DNA of 16,727 nucleotides from a virus. The DNA lies in IMG/VR virus record IMGVR_UViG_3300045988_095784. One strand, given 5' to 3'. A program made the translations under genes and the position numbers. Below are positions 5,986 through 13,120 of this stretch, in pieces (positions within the stretch are counted from its first letter, which is position 1; every line of letters starts with the position of its first letter). The notes beneath the pieces were generated by a model. It worked only from the letters and a program-made list of their open reading frames with translations, was not told the DNA's origin and searched no databases.

Positions 5986-6153
5986 ATGATAAATAAACTA
6001 TTAATTATGATACTAAATCATAAAAAGCAAAAATTAGTTTATAGGAATTGTGGCATATGCAATTATCCACTGTCATGTGATTATTGTGACATATACTTTA
6101 TGCAAAGGGATATTAAAGATGTAATACGTCATTTAAAGGAGGGGAAAATATGA
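5986..6153 (+). CDS. Small Cys4 (CxxC-x5-CxxC) protein, 55 aa, absent from the ORF track
   Basis: My translation is MINKLLIMILNHKKQKLVYRNCGICNYPLSCDYCDIYFMQRDIKDVIRHLKEGKI. GAGGTGA (5973-5979) lies 6 nt upstream of ATG 5986. The stop is TGA 6151-6153. Confidence 0.65.
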   Translation: MINKLLIMILNHKKQKLVYRNCGICNYPLSCDYCDIYFMQRDIKDVIRHLKEGKI

Positions 6154-6275
6154 TAACATGGTTAGTAGATTTATATTACAGATACAAAGCAAAGAAACAT
6201 GAAAAAACTTGTAATCATATTTGTTGTTTCTGTAAGTACAGATATGATTGTGATTATTTTACAAGGGAGAGATGA
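6150..6275 (+). CDS. Small Cys-rich protein, 41 aa, absent from the ORF track
   Basis: My translation is MITWLVDLYYRYKAKKHEKTCNHICCFCKYRYDCDYFTRER. AAAGGAGGGG lies 5 nt upstream of ATG 6150. It has an ATGA overlap with the preceding ORF. The stop is TGA 6273-6275. Confidence 0.6.
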   Translation: MITWLVDLYYRYKAKKHEKTCNHICCFCKYRYDCDYFTRER

Positions 6276-6279
6276 ATTA

Positions 6280-6513
6280 ATGAATGATAAAATGGAAAAA
6301 GTAGTGCAGGAACTACGCAAAAGATTTAGAGGTTCAATCGAGTTTTATGATGTACCATATACAGAGCAGTATAAAATAGAATATTGTTTGAATGGTTTAT
6401 ATTTATCAAAGTTACTTTCATATGATTTTATAAAGAAAAAAGATACAAGGGAAATTGTATTATCATTAAACATATTAATTGCAACGGACATTCACAATCA
6501 TTTTTATAAGTAA
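6280..6513 (+). CDS. Hypothetical protein (77 aa)
   Basis: The ORF track gives 6199..6513. ATG 6199 has no SD, and its first 27 codons overlap the SD-led 41-aa ORF. ATG 6280 follows AGGGAGAGA (6264-6272). Confidence 0.65.
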   Translation: MNDKMEKVVQELRKRFRGSIEFYDVPYTEQYKIEYCLNGLYLSKLLSYDFIKKKDTREIVLSLNILIATDIHNHFYK

Positions 6514-6526
6514 AGGAGAAAAAATT

Positions 6527-6787
6527 ATGGTAGATAAAAACGAAAAGAATATTATATTTTCACGACTTGTAACTGAAATAATAGAAGATAAATATGACAT
6601 TTTATTTACATTTAACGTAACATACGTAGAAGATAACTGGAGTAATTTATCAGTTATTTTTAATATTAATAAACATGAATGTAATATAACACAACCTATT
6701 AATTATGAAACGCAAAAGATAATTGATTTAGTTGAAGCTATTTCAGATAAAATTAATAAAGCAATTGTTAATAGTTATTTAAAATAA
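6527..6787 (+). CDS. Hypothetical protein (86 aa)
   Basis: The ORF track gives 6479..6787. ATG 6527 follows AAAGGAGAA at about 7-nt spacing, just after the previous stop (6511-6513). Confidence 0.7.
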   Translation: MVDKNEKNIIFSRLVTEIIEDKYDILFTFNVTYVEDNWSNLSVIFNINKHECNITQPINYETQKIIDLVEAISDKINKAIVNSYLK

Positions 6788-6792
6788 AAAGC

Positions 6793-6823
6793 AAAAAGGC
6801 AGGAGTAAAAACTCTTGCCTTTT
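6793..6823. terminator. Bidirectional rho-independent terminator between convergent genes
   Basis: AAGGCAGGAG (6796-6805), loop TAAAAA, then CTCTTGCCTT (6812-6821). The stem is 10 bp with one G.U pair. It has an A-run on the 5' side and a T-run on the 3' side, so each strand reads hairpin plus U-tract. Confidence 0.8.
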
Positions 6824-6938
6824 CTATATCTATAACTATTGCAGAACACAAGCGCACAGCATTTACGACAATACATACTAGCGTTATCTTCCAAACGTGC
6901 TACCTAGCAGTATCAAGTGAACATACAACAGCAGATAC

Positions 6939-7979
6939 CTAATAACTGATAGTCTTGAATAAAACTTCCTTACATTTAAGGTTCTTAAATCTAAAACAAC
7001 CTTTTTCAAAATAGTATCTTAACTGACTGATAAATAAATCATTCTGCTTTAACATAACATAATTAATATCATGGTCATTAATAGTAACACTTATTTTACT
7101 TCTAAATGTACTATCTGCTTTATCATCAATATATAAAAATCCCTGTTCACTAAATTGTTTCACAGCATAATCATGGTTCATATACCTTAGTGTCGCAATA
7201 TATTTTCCTTTTCCTACTGGTGTATCAATAAAAGCAGTGTTATCATTTAAGTACACATTTTCACTTGAATATGCAACATACTGATTATTCTTAAATGCTC
7301 TATTAAAACCGCTCTCTTTTTGTGCTTTACTTGCAGTTTCTATGAAACCACTTTCCAGCACAAAACCGTCTCCTTTTAAGAAATTAGTATCACTGTTTAA
7401 TCTTTCGGATATTCCCAGTTCTGTATAATAAGGATTGATAATACTGACAGCATTACTTAACATATATACTGGAAGATACCTTGCCTGCTCTCCATGACCT
7501 CTTGCTATACTTGTATGTACGCTGATAAATTTTCTTATTTCATCACTGCAATAGTGATTAGTTTCACTTTGAAATTCATCGAATAACATACTATCAGTAT
7601 CACTAAGTAAGTGACTATATTTTTTCAACTGGTCTGCGCTATTTAAACTTATAGCATAACCACAGTGTTGTTCATTTAAAAACAAACTATGATAGATACC
7701 ACTTGCACAGCGTTCACTTTCCATAGTGTAATTACTAAAAAATAATGTTTGTAAATCCTTGAAAAACTTATTAGATACATCATCAAGCTCATAGTTGTAC
7801 CTATAAATTAAACAGAATTTTTTACCATACTTTAGAAATCTGTTGATTAACAATCTACCAAAATAGGTTGTCTTACCACCACTTCTATTAGTGGTACATA
7901 AAAATAGTTCGGGCTTTAATCCATTTATATCTTTCATTGATAGCAATTTAGTTCCGTCATAGTATTTATTTTCACTCAT
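6939..7979 (-). CDS. DNA encapsidation (packaging) ATPase, phi29 gp16-like (346 aa)
   Basis: Walker A is TNRSGGKTT and Walker B is SMLFDEF. INRFLKYGKKFCLIYRY..EL..VSNKF and LSNAVSIINPYY closely parallel the recalled phi29 gp16 (INRFIKYGEQFIYVRRY, FDEF, LSNAVSVVNPYF). Confidence 0.95.
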   Translation of the reverse strand: MSENKYYDGTKLLSMKDINGLKPELFLCTTNRSGGKTTYFGRLLINRFLKYGKKFCLIYRYNYELDDVSNKFFKDLQTLFFSNYTMESERCASGIYHSLFLNEQHCGYAISLNSADQLKKYSHLLSDTDSMLFDEFQSETNHYCSDEIRKFISVHTSIARGHGEQARYLPVYMLSNAVSIINPYYTELGISERLNSDTNFLKGDGFVLESGFIETASKAQKESGFNRAFKNNQYVAYSSENVYLNDNTAFIDTPVGKGKYIATLRYMNHDYAVKQFSEQGFLYIDDKADSTFRSKISVTINDHDINYVMLKQNDLFISQLRYYFEKGCFRFKNLKCKEVLFKTISY

Positions 7980-8024
7980 ATTGTTGTACTCTTTTCTTAA
8001 TTTTGTCTATAATTATCTCAATTT

Positions 8025-8053
8025 ATTATAACATAATTATTGCAAAATTACAA
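8025..8053 (-). promoter_or_regulatory. Near-consensus sigma-A promoter for the ATPase gene
   Basis: On the minus strand: TTGTAA (8053-8048), a 17-nt spacer ending in TGT, then TATAAT (8030-8025). This is an extended -10 (TGnTATAAT). Confidence 0.7.
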
Positions 8054-8068
8054 GTAATATGATATAAT
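8040..8068 (+). promoter_or_regulatory. Near-consensus sigma-A promoter for the lysis/structural operon
   Basis: TTGCAA (8040-8045), a 17-nt spacer ending in TGA, then TATAAT (8063-8068). This is an extended -10. It lies about 35 nt upstream of the AAGGAAGGAGA SD of the holin. Confidence 0.75.
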
Positions 8069-8101
8069 TAAAATAGAATAAAAAAGGAAGGAGATATAAA
8101 C

Positions 8102-8308
8102 ATGGATATAAACGTAGTTATGCAGGCTATCACAACAGTAGGCTTTCCTATAGTAATGTGTTTATGTTTAGCATGGTACTGTATGAAACTAAATGAAAGT
8201 CACAAGAACGAAACAGATAGGTTTACCACTGCATTAAATGAAAACACATTAGTATTGCAGAAATTGTGTGACGTTCTGAACGTAGAAAGAAGTGATAAGA
8301 ATGAGTAA
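8102..8308 (+). CDS. Holin, BhlA/UviB-like (68 aa)
   Basis: It has a single N-terminal TM segment (ITTVGFPIVMCLCLAWYCM) followed by a charged helical tail. This layout matches the BhlA/UviB family as I recall it. It lies immediately upstream of the endolysin and overlaps it. Confidence 0.75.
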   Translation: MDINVVMQAITTVGFPIVMCLCLAWYCMKLNESHKNETDRFTTALNENTLVLQKLCDVLNVERSDKNE

Positions 8309-8966
8309 AGTTGACACATACACAGATTATATGATTGCAATAGCAAATGACAACTCACATGGTTATTCACAGATTAACAGAGGTGGAAATCCTGACTTTG
8401 ATTGTAGTTCATTAGTTGGTCATGCACTTGCTAAAGCAGGTTTTAATGTAAATGTGAACAGTACAACGAGAAACTTGTATGAACAGTTAAAACGCTGTGG
8501 CTTTACATCGTGTAGCAGACCTTTTCAAAAAGGTGATATTCATTTAGCAGTAGGTCATCATGTCTGTGTTTCAACAGATAGTGAACACATAGTTCATGCA
8601 AGTATTGACGAAAACGGAACTACAAAAGGAAGCAAAGCAGGAGACCAAACTGGCAGGGAAATTTGTATACGAAAATATTACAATCCTAGTTATGGTTGGT
8701 CATATCATTTACGCTATAATGAAAAAAGTAAAGGAAGTGCAAGCTATAGTATGAATACTTTAAAAAGAGGTTCATCAAATATTGATGTATCAGTTTTTGA
8801 AATACTAATGAAAAAGTTAGGTTATTACAGTGGTAGCATTGATACAAAATATGGTGCAGGATGTGTAAGAGCTTGTAAAAATTTTCAGTCAAATTATGGG
8901 TTGACTGTTGACGGAGAGTGTGGTAAAAACACATGGAATAAACTTTTTAGTTTAGGTATAAGATAA
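8301..8966 (+). CDS. Endolysin: N-terminal Cys/His peptidoglycan amidase/peptidase (Amidase_5 / NlpC-P60-CHAP-like) plus C-terminal PG_binding_1 domain
   Basis: The candidate catalytic residues are Cys in PDFDCSSLVGHAL and His in AVGHHVCV, similar to the recalled Dp-1 Pal N-terminus (DSYDCSS). The C-terminal LGYYSGSIDTKYGAGCVRACKNFQSNYGLTVDGECGKNTWNKL is a typical PG_binding_1 repeat. The ORF track starts at GTG 8292; I prefer ATG 8301. Confidence 0.85.
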   Translation: MSKVDTYTDYMIAIANDNSHGYSQINRGGNPDFDCSSLVGHALAKAGFNVNVNSTTRNLYEQLKRCGFTSCSRPFQKGDIHLAVGHHVCVSTDSEHIVHASIDENGTTKGSKAGDQTGREICIRKYYNPSYGWSYHLRYNEKSKGSASYSMNTLKRGSSNIDVSVFEILMKKLGYYSGSIDTKYGAGCVRACKNFQSNYGLTVDGECGKNTWNKLFSLGIR

Positions 8967-9550
8967 TGGCATGGATTGTTAAAGTAGGAGTAGCTCAATA
9001 TTTAACACAGTCTGAAATGGAAAACAATGCTACTGAGTTCTATAGTTATTTCAACAGTAAAGGTTTTACTATTGAAAGCGTAGCAGGTATGTTAGGTAAT
9101 CTTCAACAGGAGTCAAATATTAACCCTGGTATGAAACAAACAGCTAGTACAAGTAGTGGTTGGGGATTGATACAATGGACACCTAGCAGTAACCTAACAG
9201 ATTATGCAAATGCACAAGGTTCTGACTGGGCTACTGGTGAAATACAAACGCAGTTAATGTGGGATGAAATAATAAACGGATATGGTGGACAATGGATACC
9301 TAAACCTGCGCTAGGATATAGTTATACTGGTGATGAATTTTCAAAACTAACTGATGTCTCCGAAGCGTGTAAAGCATATCTATATGAAAGAGAACGTGCA
9401 GGAGTTGAAGCATTGAGTAACAGATTAACATATGCTAGTAATTGGTATGAATACTTAACTGGAGTTACACCACCTACACCACCTGAACCACCTGCACCAA
9501 CAAAACGAAAACGTATGCCAGTTTGGATGATGTGCAGACCAATATTTTAA
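8966..9550 (+). CDS. Phage tail lysozyme-like protein (phi29 gp13 N-terminal-domain type), 194 aa
   Basis: AGMLGNLQQESNINPG ... WGLIQWT is the signature of the phage tail lysozyme family. The C-terminus is the Pro-rich linker TPPTPPEPPAPT followed by KRKRMPVWMMCRPIF. No M23/LytM peptidase domain follows. Confidence 0.7.
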   Translation: MAWIVKVGVAQYLTQSEMENNATEFYSYFNSKGFTIESVAGMLGNLQQESNINPGMKQTASTSSGWGLIQWTPSSNLTDYANAQGSDWATGEIQTQLMWDEIINGYGGQWIPKPALGYSYTGDEFSKLTDVSEACKAYLYERERAGVEALSNRLTYASNWYEYLTGVTPPTPPEPPAPTKRKRMPVWMMCRPIF

Positions 9551-9569
9551 ATAGAAAAGAGGTGATAAT

Positions 9570-9890
9570 ATGGCAGTACTTTCACATGATGATTTTATGA
9601 GTGCAGTAAAAGGTTTAGCAGGAGATAACGCTGATGATGATACTCTTACTATGATTGAAAATTTTACTGACACATTCAATGACCTTGAGACACGTGCAAA
9701 TGATACCACGGATTGGAAGTCAAAATATGAACAGAATGATAACGAGTGGAGAGAAAAATACAAGGCACGATTTTTTGACGGCAGTGCAGGTACAGACCCT
9801 GCAATAGTAATTAAGGAACAAAAGGAAGATATTACCGATGACGGTAAGGAAATTTCCTTTGATGATTTATTTAAAGAAAGAGAGGGCTAA
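9570..9890 (+). CDS. Scaffolding protein (gp7-like), 106 aa
   Basis: It is small, very acidic and predicted helical, and lies immediately upstream of the major capsid gene. The C-terminal ISFDDLFKEREG resembles the recalled phi29 gp7 end ITIEDLEAK. Confidence 0.6.
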   Translation: MAVLSHDDFMSAVKGLAGDNADDDTLTMIENFTDTFNDLETRANDTTDWKSKYEQNDNEWREKYKARFFDGSAGTDPAIVIKEQKEDITDDGKEISFDDLFKEREG

Positions 9891-9895
9891 GAATT

Positions 9896-11263
9896 ATGGC
9901 TACAAAACCAAAAATTAAAACACTTACTAATTCAAGCGTTGATATCTTAAATGCAATAAGAAACAACGCAAGCACAAATTACAGAGATTATGTACCGCAG
10001 GCTACAGCAGACTCTGACTCAATCAGAGAAATCGGTGCAGTAATTATGGACTACCCTGCTTTACAGAATGAGTTTTTATCAGCACTCGTAAACAGAATAG
10101 GTAGAGTATTTTTAACAAGTAAATCATACGACAATCCATGGGCTATGTTTAAAAAAGGTATGCTCGAATTTGGTGAGTCTATCGAGGAAGCATTTGTTAA
10201 TATTGCAAAGCCGTTTCAGTTTGACCCACAGGTTGCAGAGTCAAATGTATTCAAGCGTGAAATTCCTGACGTGCGCAGTGCATTTCACATTATGAATTAT
10301 CAGAAGTACTACAAAGCTACAATCTCAAATGACCAGTTGAGACAGGCTTTTCTGTCTATTGACGGCATTACAGATTTAATTGCTAAGATTGTGGACGCTA
10401 TGTATACTGGTGCTAACTACGACGAGTTTCAGACTATGAAGTATATGCTTGCAAAACATATCTTAAATGGACTGATGAACCCAGTTACCATTCCTGCTAT
10501 TAACACAGCAAACATGAATAGTATTGTTAGTACTATCAAGGGAGTATCAAATAAGTTTACTTTCCTTAACTCAAAGAATAACCTTGCAGGAGTTATGAAC
10601 CATACACCTAAGCAGGAACAGTATTTGTTAGTTAATTCACAGTTTGACGCTACTATGAATGTCGAAGTACTTGCAAGTGCTTTTAACATGGATAGAGCAG
10701 AATTTGACGGACACCATGTACTTGTAGATAGCTTTGGTGATTTAGACATTGAGAGATTAAATATTCTCTTTGCTGATGACCCAACCTATACAGAGATAGG
10801 ACAGGAAGAACTTGAAGCACTTGATGCTATCCCTTGCGTTTTAGTAGATAGTGATTGGTTTATGATTTTTGACAATTATCAGAACTTCACAGAGCAGTAC
10901 AATGGTGAAGGACTGTATTGGAACTACTGGTATCACGTATGGAAAACATTTAGTGTATCTCCGTTCTCAAACAATGTTGTATTTGTTGCAGGAACACCTG
11001 CTGTAAAGACAGTTACAGTTACACCTAGTGAAGCCACAGTTAGTGCAGGTGGACAGATACAGTTAAGTGTTACTGTTGATACTGACAACTATGCACCACA
11101 GAGTGTTATATGGAGTATTGCTACTGGCGGTGATAAGGCTAGTATCTCAAGTACTGGCATGCTTAAGATTAATAGTGGCGCTGAAGCAGGAACTATTACA
11201 GTTAAAGCAACTAGCACGTTTGATAGTACAAAGTCTGGTACTGCGTCTATTACAGTTGCGTAA
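9896..11263 (+). CDS. Major capsid protein with C-terminal Big_2 Ig-like domain (455 aa)
   Basis: Its position and size fit the major capsid protein. The C-terminal VTVTPSEATVSAGGQIQLSVTV...GTITVKATS...SGTASITV (about nt 11001-11260) is a canonical Big_2 domain, as in phi29 gp8. Confidence 0.9.
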   Translation: MATKPKIKTLTNSSVDILNAIRNNASTNYRDYVPQATADSDSIREIGAVIMDYPALQNEFLSALVNRIGRVFLTSKSYDNPWAMFKKGMLEFGESIEEAFVNIAKPFQFDPQVAESNVFKREIPDVRSAFHIMNYQKYYKATISNDQLRQAFLSIDGITDLIAKIVDAMYTGANYDEFQTMKYMLAKHILNGLMNPVTIPAINTANMNSIVSTIKGVSNKFTFLNSKNNLAGVMNHTPKQEQYLLVNSQFDATMNVEVLASAFNMDRAEFDGHHVLVDSFGDLDIERLNILFADDPTYTEIGQEELEALDAIPCVLVDSDWFMIFDNYQNFTEQYNGEGLYWNYWYHVWKTFSVSPFSNNVVFVAGTPAVKTVTVTPSEATVSAGGQIQLSVTVDTDNYAPQSVIWSIATGGDKASISSTGMLKINSGAEAGTITVKATSTFDSTKSGTASITVA

Positions 11264-11273
11264 TATTAATATG

Positions 11274-11299
11274 GCAGGAGAGCGTGATTGCTTTCCTGC
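11274..11299 (+). terminator. Post-capsid stem-loop (possible attenuator or partial terminator)
   Basis: GCAGGAGAG (11274-11282), loop CGTGATTG, then CTTTCCTGC (11291-11299). The stem is 9 bp with one G.U pair. It is followed by TATTGT, so there is no strong U-tract. Confidence 0.45.
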
Positions 11300-11320
11300 T
11301 ATTGTAAAGGTGGTGAAGAT

Positions 11321-13105
11321 ATGCAGATACAACCTAATAGCATTATCAAATTGTGTAGTGGTGTACCGATAGATAGTAGTTATAAAGATACTATTTACTT
11401 TGAAAGTAGAGAAGCACAGAAAAGTTATTTTGATAGTAAAGTTAGTAAGACTATGGACAAAGCTAGTTTTCAGAGAATTAATGGACAGCAGGGTGTTGTT
11501 AGGATGAACGCAGGAGCAGAAAATATTTATAACTGCAATTATATGATGTTTCAGAATACCAACTATACTACTAAATGGTTTTATGCTTTTATTACTAATA
11601 TCGAGTATGTAAACGATAAAGTTAGTAATGTATATTTTACTATTGATGTTATGCAAACATGGTTCCTTTTTGACTGTACTCTTAAAGAGAGCTTTGTCGA
11701 AAGAGAACATCATGCAACTGATACTACAAATGACTGTTTAGTTGGTGAAAATATACCGACAGGACAAATGATGTATGACCAACCAATTAAAAGTGGAATT
11801 TTTAATGACTGGTGCTTAATAATAGTAAGTGGCGCAGATGAACAGGGTGCTATTTCAGAATTACAATATAATTATAATGGTATGTATTCACCATGTATGT
11901 TAATATATTGCGATAATGACCAGCACAGTTTAGCAGAATTTATCATGTCACTTGATAATAAAGGAAAAACAGACGAAATAATTAATATAATTTTAACTCC
12001 GAAATCAGTTATAAATCACTTATTAACAAATGGTCAAACATTAACAAATAAAAAACCTATTTATGGACTTAAACAAAATGAACCAATGCCTTTTCAGATA
12101 AATAAACCAAACAATAAAGTAGGTACTTATACACCTAAAAATCATAAACTATTATGTTATCCTTATACTTACTTGACATTAAGTAATGGTAGTGGTAATA
12201 GCATTGACTATCGCTATGAGTTGTTTGATGATATAAGTGGTAAATGTAATTTTGAAGTATTTAGTGATGTTATTAATGGATATTACATGGCAAGTCCCTT
12301 GAACTATAACGGAACAAGTAATGGACAAACAACAAGCACAGGAGATACAACAATAAATTTTGACTTTAGTTTAACACTTGATAATATGCCAATTGTACCA
12401 TGGAGTAGTGATACATTTAAAGTATGGTGGGCACAAAACAAAGTAAGTGTTCAAAGTAATATAGCAACTGGTTTAGCAAAACTTACACTAGGAGCAGGAC
12501 TAACAGAAGCACAATCAATGATACCAACAGGTGGTGGAATTTTTCATCAACCTAAAGTATCTGAGCTAAACCCAAGTACATCAATAAAACTTGCAGGCAA
12601 TGGTCAATTTGATATAAACAATGTTATGAGACCTATGACCCCACAGTACATAGGCAGTGGTAATATGAATAGTAATCCTATACAATCAGCTATGCAGGCA
12701 GGAAGTGTTGTTAGTGGCTATTCTGATATTAAAAATAGTTTAATTCAGATGCAGCAAGCTAAAACATTGCCAGTTAGTTCAAGAGGTGGCGGTGGTAATA
12801 ATGTAATGTTAGATACTACTTTCCTTGATTTTTATAGCATGAATACTCATGTACATCCTAAGATAGCAAAAATAATTGATGATTATTTTACTATGTTTGG
12901 CTATGCAACCAATGAAGTAAAAGTTCCTAACATAAATGTAAGACCACATTGGACTTATACAAAAACACAGCAATGTAATTTAGTCAGTATTAATTGTAGT
13001 AACAATGATGTAACAGCTATTAAAAATATTTTTGACAACGGAATAACATTTTGGAAGAACGCTAGTGAAATAGGTAACTATTCATTAGATAACAGTCCTA
13101 ATTAG
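11321..13105 (+). CDS. Tail knob / distal tube protein, phi29 gp9-like (594 aa)
   Basis: The ORF track starts at 11288. ATG 11321 follows AAAGGTGGTGA. The N-terminus (YMMFQNTNYTTKWFYAFITNIEYVNDKVSNVYFTIDVMQTWF...KESFVEREH) closely parallels the recalled phi29 gp9 (YIMFQNADYGNKWFYAFVTELEFKN...FEIDVLQTWMF...QESFIVREH). Confidence 0.92.
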   Translation: MQIQPNSIIKLCSGVPIDSSYKDTIYFESREAQKSYFDSKVSKTMDKASFQRINGQQGVVRMNAGAENIYNCNYMMFQNTNYTTKWFYAFITNIEYVNDKVSNVYFTIDVMQTWFLFDCTLKESFVEREHHATDTTNDCLVGENIPTGQMMYDQPIKSGIFNDWCLIIVSGADEQGAISELQYNYNGMYSPCMLIYCDNDQHSLAEFIMSLDNKGKTDEIINIILTPKSVINHLLTNGQTLTNKKPIYGLKQNEPMPFQINKPNNKVGTYTPKNHKLLCYPYTYLTLSNGSGNSIDYRYELFDDISGKCNFEVFSDVINGYYMASPLNYNGTSNGQTTSTGDTTINFDFSLTLDNMPIVPWSSDTFKVWWAQNKVSVQSNIATGLAKLTLGAGLTEAQSMIPTGGGIFHQPKVSELNPSTSIKLAGNGQFDINNVMRPMTPQYIGSGNMNSNPIQSAMQAGSVVSGYSDIKNSLIQMQQAKTLPVSSRGGGGNNVMLDTTFLDFYSMNTHVHPKIAKIIDDYFTMFGYATNEVKVPNINVRPHWTYTKTQQCNLVSINCSNNDVTAIKNIFDNGITFWKNASEIGNYSLDNSPN

Positions 13106-13120
13106 AAAGGAGGTGAGACA

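Noticed and set aside
1693-6787. Possible paralogy of ORFs 1693..1989, 6280..6513 and 6527..6787, based on similar C-terminal I(S/A)xxI...(F/S)Y(K/L)K endings
   Set aside because: The resemblance is limited to a few residues in AT-biased, Lys/Ile/Asn-rich sequences. It is not convincing by eye and would need profile comparison.
6826-8050. Invertible-segment hypothesis for the lone minus-strand ATPase gene
   Set aside because: I looked for inverted repeats flanking 6939-7979. I found only a short direct similarity (TATAAC..TATTGCA at 6831-6843 and 8027-8044), no inverted repeats and no recombinase gene.
11067-11372. Plus-strand ORF 11067..11372 (101 aa)
   Set aside because: It is out of frame over the Big_2 domain of the capsid gene and runs across the intergenic hairpin. 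It has a Leu-rich, repetitive translation and no SD.
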